This document shows positions 12,901 to 23,246 of a DNA stretch of 64,000 nucleotides, piece after piece. The stretch lies in NCBI GenBank assembly GCA_002633005.1, contig NMRA01000237.1:62001-126000 (forward strand). Direction: 5' to 3'. A program made the translations under genes and the position numbers. The stretch's first letter is position 1; the number at the start of each line of letters is the position of its first letter. This DNA is from Phoronis australis (lineage: Eukaryota; Animalia; Phoronida). The notes under the pieces were generated by a model that worked only from the letters and a program-made list of their open reading frames with translations, had not been told where the DNA came from and did no database searches.

Positions 12901-15900
12901 AAGGAAGGTTCCCTTTGAACATGAGTGTACAGGGTGGTGCTGCACAAGTGGGTGTACATTTGACAGCACAAGACGTTAGTCTTTCTCAAATTCGTCTCTG
13001 CACAACTCAACTGAAGTCTTCAAGCAGTTATAAACACTTCTTCCATCGCAAAAACCAACTTTTGGATTGTACCACTTGATGATATGAAACTGATTTCAAA
13101 TTCTTCCTTAGTCAAAATAGATGTTGTTCCTGGACTTGGAAAGAACTGACCTACTTATGACCAGGCTCTAAAAGTGGACTTTTCACAGTGTGTCATTTTG
13201 TTTACTAGCATGATCTTTAGCATTAACTAAACTGTCAGGTCTTTACAAGGTCAAAAATCTCTTCTCATATGAGTAAGGAACAAGTTGAGACCAATTTTAT
13301 AATGGGCGGAAAGTGGTCTGAATCAAAAGTTAGTTTCTTCGACAGAATGCTGGTTTGTAACCGCTGTCTGTTTTTCTGATATTTCGTTAAATTTACTTCG
13401 GCAATTCTACTGTTGACCTTTGACCTTGAGCCTGATATCCCAAGTTTGACCTTCTCGTGTGCCCTTATTGTCTTGGTTGACCCTTTGCGGAAGAGTTTGA
13501 TCCAGGATATGCAGTGGGATTGACTTTTCATTTCCTCAACCTTTGACTTTTCTTTCAGGCCGTTGATTGGATAATGGAACTGTGTGATGTGTTGGCAAGG
13601 ACAAATACTGAGATGGGCAAGACACCAGTGGAGGCCGAGAGCCTGCAAGAACAGCATGCAAAGTTTGAACAAACTGCAAAGGTAGTAAATGTAGTGAAGT
13701 AAATAGTGAACATGCAGTCAAGTAACAGCGATTTTGTCAACAAAAAACCAAGCGATGAGCTATTCATAGGAAAGCAGTTTCTAGCATGGCACATACAATT
13801 AGCTGTGTCCCTAACTCACATTGGGAGCCGTGCCCGAAAGAACATGGATGGAACTGGTCCTGGTCTAGCTGGATCCTTTAAAGGGACTGGTCCTGGTCTA
13901 GCTGGGTCATTTAAAGGGACTAGTCCTGGTCTAGCTGGGTCATTTAAAGGGACTGGTCCTGGTCTAGCTGGGTCATTTAAAGGGACTCGTCCTGGTCTAG
14001 CTGGGTCATTTAAAGGGACTGGTCTTGGTCTAGCTAGATCCTTTAAAGGAACTGATCCTGGTCTAGCTAAATCCTTTAAAGGGACTGGTCCTGGTCTAGC
14101 TAGATCCTTTAAAGGGACTGGTCCTGGTCTAGCTGGATCCTTTAAAGGGACTGTTTGCGACATGACAAAATCGTGGATTGTTGGGAGTTTTATAAAATCT
14201 TTACCAGGAAGATTCGCTCCCACTAAATTGGTTTATTTTTGTTCAGGGAGTTCAGTTTGCCCTAATTACTGCTATGTCGGGCTTTGAGACAACCCTCCAA
14301 TACACATTTTTACCCGAATCATTCACGTTCTGTGAAGCTTGTGTTTGTATACGCACTGTTAATACATGCTTTAAGGAAAACTTACTACTTAAATTAACAT
14401 GTTGTAGATAATTTTTAAGCCACTTTTTGTCCCTGACACTCTTCTGTACTATGCATGCAGAACTAGAAAGTTTTTTATATTACTTATGGCTTGGTAATTC
14501 ATAGCATTCCAAACCTTCTTGCTGTTGTGCAGCTTTTTGAAAAAAAACATACCACAGCTGAAATGGATGTGAGCAGGCTTTTTTAAGGTGGTGAGCGCGG
14601 GTTTCAAAATGAGCTGGAATAGAGACTTGAACCGACTATGCTGTTTTGGCCTATCAAGGATTTTTATATTAAGTTAACTTCAAAGTTGGTTGCTTTTCCC
14701 TTTAAATAGAGTCCTCACTCAAATGTTCATAAGTATATTCGTTTGTTAGCAGTTGGACTTTATCTGTTGCTTTACTGTCAGGGAACGTATGACTATGGTC
14801 AGCAGCTGTTGGAAGCCGGTCTCATTCTGCGACGGTCGCTGCGTCATGACCCATCGCCAAATCAGGATATCATGCGACGCCTGCAGGAGGCGTGGAGGCT
14901 TTTCACTCAGGGAGTAGGAGAACGCAGCTCAAGGCTTAGTGTAGCCACGGTCTTTCATAAAAATGTGGACAAGGTGAGCGTATGATTACAGAGTTTGAGA
15001 AACATGGAATAAGTTAAAACTGTGTGTGGTATAGCTTAGTCCCTGTATGTCTGTTGATTGAAAGGACCTTTGCAGAGTTTATTTGGAGTTGGGAGGTTGT
15101 GAGTCAAGACGGTTTTCCACACGAGCACGTCTGCTCATGATTTGTTTTTCATAGAGACCATTTGGTTGTAGTTTTGCTGTCAATGCGATGTAGAAATTTT
15201 CTAAAAGGATAATTTGCAAATTATCGCTGCCCATTAGCCTGTTTCCAACACATTTGATTTAATTGCTTCTAAAGTGAAAATTGTTTGACGCCACGTACAC
15301 TTTTGACTAGCGTGCCGTCAATTTTCTGCTGATGTGTTGTTTAACATCTTTCACGCAAAAAAGCTCAACCTCGATACATGTACGTGAAGAAAGAAAATGG
15401 CGTTTTGTTTCGTCTTGTTAACTCAGCCGGTCTTGCACACCAGAATTTGAAGTCTAGGGAAAGGTGTCTTCATGCTCCCAACACACTGAAGAGTTGATGT
15501 CGGATGTTGGCTATTGTTTGAACATGAATTGATGGCTTGTGAAGATCAAACAGAAAATACCTACCAACACGGGTTGCTTGTGTCTCCAAATGCACATTTT
15601 CTATGTTATAAATAATCTGTTGATATAATCTCTTTTGGAAAGCTATATAACTAACATGCGCTTTTTCGTCTCACAGTTAATTTTAGAAATTGATGAGGTC
15701 CTCCTGAAGCTCAATAGTGCTAGTGGCAGGGACGAGACTGTACGGTACGTTGGGGTCAAAGACCAGCTGGCCAAAGAGTGTAGGGAAACGCAGAGAATGG
15801 GGCAGGCCCTGGTCGAACGCATGTCCCTACCCGTTGTGTCCAAGTCAAGGTGAGACAGCTTGAACTCGGTTGTTTAGAATGGGATTTTAAAATTATGTGC

Positions 15901-18342
15901 CCCTTGTGTGCACTTATTGCCTTGAGCGCACTATTTTATGTGAGAAATTGCATTCAACCTAATTTCTGTATCTAAGTCTCATTATCATATGTTTATTTTG
16001 TATTAAAGACCTCTGGCCGAAAGTACTGTAAACAAAAAATTGATAGGCACATTTGCACATGCAGTCAACCCATTTAAGAGTTGTTCTCTTCTTTTAAGGG
16101 TAGAATACACAATCATATTTAATAACAGATATATCTGGATTGATTAGCTAGCAAGCGTGTACAGGATTCTTGAGTTGGGTGCTTCCACTGAACTTCTTTC
16201 ATAAAACGTGACCTAAGTTCACTAATCCCTTGCAAATCAACAGGAAGTGGTATTCATCCCCTACAAGACCATCACTGCAAATCAAACGTAGTCTATTATA
16301 ATATTCCTCTTTCTCCTGCCTACCCACTTTCACTTGTAGTCTGTGGTTGGACCATCTAAGTCTCATACAGCGTCAGTTAGCTCAATTCAAACTTGCAAGC
16401 TTCATACTAGAATAAATCAAGTTTTGTGATGGTGAATCTTTCTGTTGGACCTATCAGTGAACTGCATTTGATCTGTGGTGATACACGTAATTTAATCAAG
16501 CCTAACTCACTGTATTAAAGAACCAAAACAAAGGGCTCCACCCTTAAACATGAATCAACTATGGCGCTGCTTGTGGCTTAAGACAGCTATAACGCAATTT
16601 GATTAACAAATTCATGAATATATAAATAACTATTACTTACAACCTACTTAAACTCTTTCACTGTTCTGAGCTCGGTAGAAGCAGCTCCACTAATGGACAA
16701 TTTTAAATTTATTAGATGGCACAGGGCTCAACATTTAGCGTAAATAATATCAACCCGCTAAATGTGACCTAGCATAATTCCCAGGTCATAATGCAGGGAA
16801 TGAGGTCAGCATAACAAGGAAAGTGCATGTGCTGCCGGAGGCTGCGAAAGTCCTAGTCCACAGAAATAGCTTAGAGTTGGCAGCAGCAGGAAATGAATAA
16901 TCGAGATACTGTCTAACTGGACAAATACGTTCACCCAAAATTCATCGGTCGGCTTTTGTTCTAGTTAAACTGAAAACTATGAGTGCATTAATCAGTAGTG
17001 CCCTATTACCCTCTAACCCAGTATTCCATGCGGGCCTACCTCCTATCTAAAGGGCCCTTCATACTGACGTCGACGCGTCGATGGTTTGGGGAGTTGCGGT
17101 CAGTATGAACGCTTAACTCCGGTCCTGGATCGCAGTTAACAGCTCCAATTAACATCGCTGTTAACAAGTGGATTTAAGACCGCAGCGTCAACGCTGTGGT
17201 GCAGTATGAACGCTTAACTCTGGTCCAATCGAAGTTATCGCCAGGTGCCACTGTTGTCGTCAACAGTTACAAGGTAGTGACGTCACTAATAGCTGCTTAT
17301 ATTTTGCTCTAATAATAACCAATCGATTTAAAAATAAGTTTAATGTCACTTAGCACATGCAAATATTTCCAAATTGAAACATTGAAAAAAATTTTAGCGT
17401 GCAACGCTACCTTGCGATAACTTCGATGACGACAGCGGCACACAACTGTTTACTTTGATGGTCATTAACTACCGAAGCCAGTATGAACGGTCCAGTTAAC
17501 TGCGCTGTTTACGTCGATGCTCCCCTCAGACCGGAGTTAAGTCAATATGAAAGGGTCTTAAGGGAAAATTGCGCAGTCATGTAACTAGCCATTGTACTTC
17601 TTGCAAGACATTATTACGACATTGTCTGTTTACTTCCTGTACTATTCTTGTGTTTGAATGTGGGCATGGAATCTCCGTGGTGACTTGCGGAAAAATGCGA
17701 TTTTTTTGACAAAATCTTCAACAAAGATAGATATTATAGTATTTTATTTGACAAAAATTTCCCTTCAAAGTTTTCTTGGTCAGCACTCTACAATGTCTGG
17801 GGAGTTTTGAGTATTTGCAACAAAGGAAAGTGGTTATTATTGGCAAATAATGATGCTTAAACCTTTAACAAAATTTCTTCTTATTTCTGATTTTTAACAA
17901 AACAGCTTTTTTACACTAAATATTTATTCTGTTTGCTGAAACTCTAAACCAAAGCACTTGATATTAAAATTAATTTAAAATTTCTCTACTTTACTAGATT
18001 CTAATTATATGTTGTATTTTTATCTATTTGTGTGCTTCTCCCAATGAAGAAGTTGAACAACAGACAAAGTTCTGATGCTTTAACTCTGTGTTACTAGAAT
18101 TGTTGCCATGGTTACACGTGTGACTTTTTATTTGTAGTTCACCAAGTGAAAGCAGTGTCGGTCAGGTGGAGTCGGACAGACAGGCGCGTGGCATCATAAT
18201 GATGAAGTTGACGACATTGGACGTCAAATTGACCGAACTGTTGAATTTCTTCGGTCAAACTGAAGTTGGTGACCTGAAGGAGAGGATGAAAGAGGTAAGC
18301 CCTCCTCAGGCTCCAGAAACAATTCTGCAGACGGACCCGTAA
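827..18342 (+). CDS. SESTD1: SESTD1-like SEC14 and spectrin domain-containing protein; 13 exons in window, 5' end upstream of window
   Basis: Spliced translation shows motifs I recall from vertebrate SESTD1: GFTVIVDGR, QLPPELGGSLEYQHEKW, IGDSFDTATELRKQHE, AFGKDIT, DVRRLKLQQILQLRTCERDANQAVDW, GTYDYGQQLL, GQALVERMSLPVV. All introns are GT-AG with compatible phases. Confidence 0.92.
1150..1350 (+). repeat. Dispersed repeat family copy (related copies near 3870-4055, 29590-29765 and partially 57995-58060)
   Basis: Shared motifs aaaagtat(at)attttctgaaagtgga..cct.tag and agtaaaatt...atagcaaaa. Confidence 0.65.
1528..1957. mobile_element. Possible degenerate MITE
   Basis: Imperfect terminal inverted repeat tcccagttttc / gaaaactagga and internal aattccgt motifs; no TSD confirmed. 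Confidence 0.3.
4163..4270 (+). CDS. SESTD1: SESTD1-like exon (SEC14) DLFTGNLNHVFILKHAASSERQVFFLNLDKKVRKPE
   Basis: ggcag acceptor, gag|gtaagc donor, 108 nt phase 0-0; absent from the ORF track; fits the FPGN-x-VxxLK segment of SEC14. Confidence 0.8.
4354..4864. mobile_element. MITE, hAT-like, about 510 bp
   Basis: Perfect TIR (C)AGGGCTTGGAAT...ATTCCAAGCCCT(G); flanking 8-bp direct repeat GAGAAGAC (4346-4353, 4865-4872); subterminal ttccgc motifs. Confidence 0.85.
5184..5720. mobile_element. Long-TIR palindromic MITE, copy 1
   Basis: ttgaataaagacaacaacttttctagaatgtagc...atccaccattgt is inverted at acaatggtggat...gctacatttttgaaaagttgttgtcttattcaa. Confidence 0.75.
6346..6474 (+). CDS. SESTD1: SESTD1-like exon (end of SEC14) GVVFPFQFVNMSRLHSSVDRRQLPPELGGSLEYQHEKWVHRRQ
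   Basis: tacag acceptor (alternative in-frame acceptor at 6367), cag|gtaagg donor; QLPxELGG motif. Confidence 0.88.
8193..8319 (+). CDS. SESTD1: SESTD1-like exon VLEQFLQDAHRVNERL...EQTLHK
   Basis: ctgcag acceptor, g|gtatga donor, phase 0-1. Confidence 0.85.
8613..8891. repeat. Minisatellite, unit about 30 bp, t(n)gaaaacctgcacaaaagcacatg, about 9 copies
   Basis: Direct inspection; variable poly-T length. Confidence 0.9.
9142..9192. repeat. 17-bp tandem repeat tattgtcacacccagag x3
   Basis: Direct inspection. Confidence 0.85.
9499..9671 (+). CDS. SESTD1: SESTD1-like exon (G)KSLLHQFCTE...IEVGIKK
   Basis: cttcag acceptor, aag|gttggt donor, phase 1-0 matching neighbours. Confidence 0.8.
10552..10674 (+). 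CDS. SESTD1: SESTD1-like spectrin exon VIDWILGAAEKLLSSQTDIGDSFDTATELRKQHEHMEIKCT
   Basis: 123 nt phase 0-0; spectrin W...IGDS...L..QH motif; absent from the + strand ORF track. Confidence 0.92.
10680..11150. repeat. Degenerate minisatellite (ggtggctgtaggacagcacataactttttt core) filling an intron
   Basis: Core recurs about 6 times at roughly 75-90 bp spacing. Confidence 0.7.
11182..11361 (+). CDS. SESTD1: SESTD1-like spectrin exon QTYGNYAELRH...RLERRRNLLIASVMFHRLVEE
   Basis: ttttag acceptor, gag|gtagga donor, 180 nt. Confidence 0.92.
11545..11605 (-). mobile_element. tRNA-derived SINE head
   Basis: Minus strand gcagcatggcctagtggtagag...ctgggttcaaatccc: A box TGGCCTAGTGG, B box GGTTCAAATCC; no complete cloverleaf. 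Confidence 0.65.
11820..11934 (+). CDS. SESTD1: SESTD1-like exon LSSMYDNLLELLCSDIVADTVDTAQQQLDHLTETCCKA
   Basis: ttctag acceptor, g|gtgagc donor, 115 nt phase 0-1; resembles recalled SESTD1 LSQQLDGLLGMLCVD. Confidence 0.88.
12534..12775 (+). CDS. SESTD1: SESTD1-like exon GQLINQILDEGQ...DVRRLKLQQILQLRTCERDANQ
   Basis: 242 nt phase 1-0, GC-rich coding composition, strongest SESTD1 similarity. Confidence 0.93.
13559..13681 (+). CDS. SESTD1: SESTD1-like spectrin exon AVDWIMELCDVLARTNTEMGKTPVEAESLQEQHAKFEQTAK
   Basis: 123 nt phase 0-0, long polypyrimidine acceptor. Confidence 0.92.
13850..14153. repeat. 33-bp minisatellite gggactggtcctggtctagctggatcctttaaa, about 9 copies
   Basis: Direct inspection; intronic. 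Confidence 0.95.
14782..14973 (+). CDS. SESTD1: SESTD1-like spectrin exon GTYDYGQQLLEAG...ATVFHKNVDK
   Basis: 192 nt phase 0-0, aag|gtgagc donor. Confidence 0.92.
15677..15849 (+). CDS. SESTD1: SESTD1-like exon LILEIDEVLL...GQALVERMSLPVVSKS
   Basis: tcacag acceptor, ag|gtgaga donor, phase 0-2. Confidence 0.88.
17051..17558. mobile_element. PIF/Harbinger-like MITE
   Basis: TIR agggcccttcatactgac vs agaccctttcatattgac (14/18), TAA on both flanks, internal repeated cagtatgaacg motif, locally CpG-rich. Confidence 0.7.
18138..18342 (+). CDS. SESTD1: Composite last SESTD1-like exon: SPSESSVGQVESDRQARGIIMMKLTTLDVKLTELLNFFGQTEVGDLKERMKE, then either the splice donor after 18294 or read-through VSPPQAPETILQTDP-stop
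   Basis: ttgtag acceptor, phase 2 matching the previous exon; gag|gtaagc donor at 18294/18295; in-frame TAA at 18340-18342. Confidence 0.82.
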
Positions 18343-20989
18343 TGCTTGCGCCGGATACCTAATTTCAGAGTTCTGGCACTGTAGTAGGTGAATTGAGATT
18401 TTTTAGACTGTTAAACATGACTTGAGACTTGGCTAGAGAATTGACCAATAAGATAACATTCTGGCATGCTTCTCTTTTGCGTTTTGGGAGCACAAAAGCA
18501 TCCTTCACTTGATCTAATTTCTAATTTTGGTGTGAATGACGGGCTGAGTTGACAGGGACGGAATGCTATTGCTTTCACTCTTGGACATTTTGAAGTGTTG
18601 GACATTTTTTCTGTGAATCGTTTGAATTTCCCATCGCATGAAAGTGACAACTTAATGGCACGAAAGCTGGAAAGAGTTTATAAAATTGTTGGAAAATACC
18701 CCTCAACAATGAATCCTTACACGAATGCGGAACGTTATCTACCAAATACCATATCTCCATCTAGTGGCAAGGCATATTTCATCATGCCACTGCTATATTG
18801 GAAAGTAGCTAGTATGTGACACGGCTTCAGTTAACTTTCAAATTTCATGCAACGTGACAATTTGCTAGTCAAATCCTAAGTATTGTTTGTCACGCTTAAG
18901 CTTAGATTGTGTTGACAGGCCTAAAATCACTGACTGCTATCTCATTGACCGAAATCCAAAGATGACGTCTTGTGACTAGACCTCCAAGACCCTGTGAACT
19001 ATACCTCTGGATCCAGTGACTGATTCTGTTAATGCTTTGTACAGATATCAAGTAGTGCACCTTGCCCATGACATGTTTTTGTTTGGCAACATTATTTCCG
19101 CTTGAGCCTAGGATTGTTTCTCTACCCTGCTTGTGCACCAGGGACCCATTTTGTCAAAGGTTTTACGCCCAAGTGATTGCTGCCTCAGAGTTTTCCTGGC
19201 GTCTGGCATTTCACATTTGCGGCTAGTCAAGCTGTACGTAGTATAAGAACACTGTCTTTAGTTAAATTTATCTCAGTGCTTGTAATGTTTGAAAACATGT
19301 CTGTGACTGAGCTTCTGGCCTTTGGTAAAACTGGCTGCTGTTGAGTATTGTCAGATGGATTGCTTTATTTGGTTTGCTTACTTACCTCAAGGGGGCATCA
19401 CTGCATTGGCACTGACTGTGTTGCATATTACAGTAAACACATAGTCTGCCAGTTAATGTAGTACAAACAATTTGTGGTTCAAAGGCTGTTTGAAAGCCCC
19501 ACCCCCAGAAGGTGGAATCACATTTGTAATATCTTAATACAAATAGGCTCAGGTGGCATTTGTAGATTAACTTTCTCCTTCAAGTTGGCAAAACCAATTT
19601 TGTTTAAAACTGTTATAACCCTGTGCTATGTCATATTTTTGATACGGACCATTTTCCGCAGTTTAACTGATCTTGACTTGCTCGTTATTGCTTGAGATAA
19701 TGGCAGAGAAGAGAATGACTGTGCAAACTTGCAGAGCGTAGTGTCAAGCAATAGCAAGCCATCAGCTCTTTCCAAGCCCATAGGTCTCATCTACTTGAAT
19801 TAAGAGAACAATTTGAGATGAATTTCATAGCGTTAAGTTCTCTGTATGAAAAGTTGTTTTTGTTGTGGAAGACTGTTTTGTAAGAGCTTCAATCTCCATT
19901 CATTGTTTTTATTAAATTACATTTGTGTGGTGTAAAACTGAGCCATATTTGAACAAATGCTTAAATAGACATATTATCAATTTCATTTTTGTTTGAATTG
20001 TATACATTGCCACAGAAGTCTTAAGTTGAACTGTGCATCTGTGGTCATGAGTCACAGTTGAAATGTGGCTACTACCAAATGTGTTTCATTCCTGAAATCA
20101 GTCTTGGAATTTGTTGCCATGGAAATGCCCAATGATACTCTGGCTTGAGGTTTCTTCAAAAGTATGCTATAACTCTGTTTCATGTGATTAGCTGCATTCA
20201 GGAATGCTAACGAGTTACGATGCCTGCACATGTCGACTCAACTGAGTATTTTCATTGAAGCATTACAAACATAGCTGTAGATGATAATCATAATTGCAGA
20301 GTTTTCTCCTCCGCAAAAGTGCCTGCATCAACTTTCCTGATCGGAAGTTCTCATAACTCCATGAATAAAATCATCATTAGGGAAATAATGTTTTGTTAAA
20401 TAGAATAGAGAACTGAATTTGAAGAAACTGCACTTGAAAATTGAGATAGACGATAACTGAATAAAGCATGGAACAGTCGGACATTGTCCTAAAACATGGC
20501 TTTACAATGCCCCTCTGCCATATGTGTACATGTTTAGGCTCATACGCCTATAGCTGAAGCGATGCATTGTTTTCAAAGAACTTTTTTCTCAGAGTTTCTC
20601 ATACAATTCCATGCCTCCACTAAGCTCCACTAATAGCCACAGACTACCACTCCTTGTATATGTTGAACTGTTTTTTTCTGTCTTATGTCTGATTTAGTAC
20701 TTTTCATTTGGAATGTTGATGTTTCATTGAAATACACATCAGTGGAAACCATTTCGTAACAGATAAGGCATGCCTTACTCATATGTTATTTTTAATTTTA
20801 CTTGTTGGTTTTATTCTGGTGTTTTGCACTGCTTTGCATATAAGTATGTTGGCATAAACATTTATAATCCATGTATTTTATTTGTGTCTTTATGTAGACT
20901 TGGTTTGTTTATTGTTTTACTTCTCATTATGTGACTGGTAATTCATACAGCTAACGGACAATGTTCGCATTATTTTTGTTTTAATAGGT

Positions 20990-21003
20990 AATAAAATAAT
21001 AAA
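20990..21003 (+). terminator. Candidate polyadenylation signals (two AATAAA) for a stand-alone SESTD1 transcript
   Basis: AATAAA at 20990-20995 and 20998-21003 after a U-rich stretch resembling a 3'UTR; other AATAAA copies exist nearby, so the site is uncertain. Confidence 0.3.
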
Positions 21004-22274
21004 AATACATTTGCTTACATACTTCTTCCTAAAGGATGCTAAGTGCTATAAGAGGAATTACAAATATTACAACTTTGATGAAATAAGAAATCGAAAAATG
21101 TCATGACTATTAAAGTTAATAAAAAACAATCATGACATATTTACAAAAAGTTTGATTTTGATAGATCTTGAATTGGCAATAATGTAAACGGTTGCTTATT
21201 ATTAATTCTAATCTTATCTTACCTTTGAGGGCTGTTATGTAATATGACCATTTCTTTGGATACCACTTTCACACAATGGTCATTTACAGGGGGAAGCTAC
21301 ATTTTCAGAACCACAATTGGTGCCTGTTATTTAATGGATGAAACTGGTTCTCAAAATGCCCGGAGCCCTGTAAGCTGACTATTACCCAAATATTTTCATC
21401 TATCTTACTTTGAAGGTGGTCATTTTTGACCTGGCAGAGCGGTGCTCAAAATCTCTTTGAAATGCTGCTTTCATTCTTCTAGGATGTCTCCTTCCATTCT
21501 AAGTAGAATGTTTCTGATCTTACCTCTGTTTAAACCCTCAGAGTTTATCTGAATTAGGCTTGAGTTATCTAAGGCGGAAGGTCAATGGTGTGCTACTGTT
21601 GTGTTTAAAGTAAAAGGATTATTTTACTAGTAATTAGAACTTTGCCTATCTAAATGGACTGAAGCCTTTTGCATTCCTCAGAAGTGAAACCAAGAGAGCT
21701 GCAGCTCACTAAATCCAGAATACCATAAACTTAGATTTGATATTCTAATGTTTATATGGTTACTCAACTCGATTATAGAAATGAAGAAATGAGTTCACTG
21801 ATTTCTTGTTCTAAATTCACGTTTAACACCTGTGGTTTTATGATCGTATCTGTGATAAAGGCAAAGACTTATAACAAAATTTACACAAAAAATTCCACAG
21901 TTTGGGACAGTAGAACATGCTCATGGTTGGAGTTTGTACCAAATTTTAGAAAAAGGCATTACAGGTCGTCCCAAATTCAAGAATTAAGATCAACAACAAA
22001 CGATTATTCACCTTGATGTTACACTTCACAGGGACGTATGAAAATGTTGCATTGACGGTAATTTTGACAAGTTTAAGAACAAACAAACCTTTGTAATACT
22101 CTGTTGATACACACCGCTGTGCCCATTACCTTCAGAATCAAGAAAATTCAATTTCGACTTGAATTTCGGTGTCACAAAATTCAGGGACTGTTAGTGGTGT
22201 ACCGCACCAATCTGCTATTCATCTGCTTTGTTTAAAGTTACCTTATTGGCGAGAAAAATCTTTTTCTGAAATCA

Positions 22275-22350
22275 ACCCCAGCACGGAATCGAACCTCTTC
22301 TCGCATCACAACCTAACGCTGTGTTGGCGGTGCTAATTCCCACTCGGTTT
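22275..22350 (-). mobile_element. tRNA-related SINE fragment (related + strand copy near 57624-57702)
   Basis: Minus strand aaccgagtgggaattagcaccgcca...ggttcgattccgtgctg resembles aacaagtgggatttagctccgcca...ggttggattctgtgctg; B-box-like GGTTCGATTCC. Confidence 0.5.
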
Positions 22351-23111
22351 ATGAAAGCATATTTCAGGTATATGTGACTAGTGCTGTCACCAGCTTTAAT
22401 ATTGGTGAATGTCTGGCAGACAATGAGAATAAGCGATTTGTAATAAAATCAAAAAACACTATAAATTTTATTGTGTTACAGCTCTGGTCAAAGCTGATAA
22501 CTTCAAAAGGTCCATCCCATTTAACAATGATCACAAAATTGCATTTTTCATTAAAAAAAACAACAAGTAAAAATGTCCCTGCAATAATCATTGGTACTGA
22601 GAATCCAGAATACCAGAAATCAAGCTTGCACTGAAATTTTCTAACTCTGCAGTGGGTAAGTTGACTACCAACACAGGCCAATTACTGCTCTGATGGTATT
22701 TCCCAATATGGTAGAGGGATTCTCCATCAGTCCACCCTCTAAACAGGGGTGTCAAGTGGTTTTTGGCTCGAACAAATATTTAAGTTCAGCTCTACTGTTC
22801 AAACGCGGCCACTTTTCAGGCATATCTCTACAGCGTGTTGCTGACTTGGTTTATATTTTCTGTGAAGGAGATTCCCCCCGGTTAAGATTTGTTTGATTTT
22901 CTGATTACTGTGATCTTGCTCCCCCTCTCTGTTCAAGTGGCACGGACCAGGCCTGTCTGACAACCATAACATGAAGCAGCTGAAAACTTACTGTTGGTTT
23001 GACTGAGGGTGCATAGCTGTTGCATGCAGGCCTTTATATTTATCCCCAATTGCTCGCCCATAGTAACCCCTTGCTAACACAATTTTGTAACTGGACGCGA
23101 CCAACGACAAA

Positions 23112-23246
23112 ATGTCGGACCGTGAGTCCGACATGCTTTCGGAATACACGGACTCCGTGTTCACGGACTTCCACCCGTCAACGACGACGATCAGTACGAT
23201 CGCGATCAAGGCGGGCAATTCCAAGATCATTCTCGCCATATTGAAG
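23112..23246 (+). CDS. First coding exon of the CCDC141/titin-like unit MSDRESDMLSEYTDSVFTDFHPSTTTISTIAIKAGNSKIILAILK
   Basis: aaaATG at 23112 with in-frame upstream TAA (23088-23090); aag|gtatgt phase-0 donor; resembles CCDC141 STTTVSSVAVQAGDSKIVIAVIK; missed by the ORF track. Confidence 0.88.

Noticed and set aside
13706-14287. 193-aa (+) and 135-aa (-) ORFs with GTGPGLAGSFK / PLKDPARPGPV repeats
   Set aside because: Products of a 33-bp intronic minisatellite open on both strands; flanking SESTD1 exons join in frame without it.
827-18342. Trio/kalirin or Dbl-family RhoGEF assignment for the SEC14-spectrin gene
   Set aside because: No DH-PH domain follows; diagnostic motifs and the C-terminal end match SESTD1.
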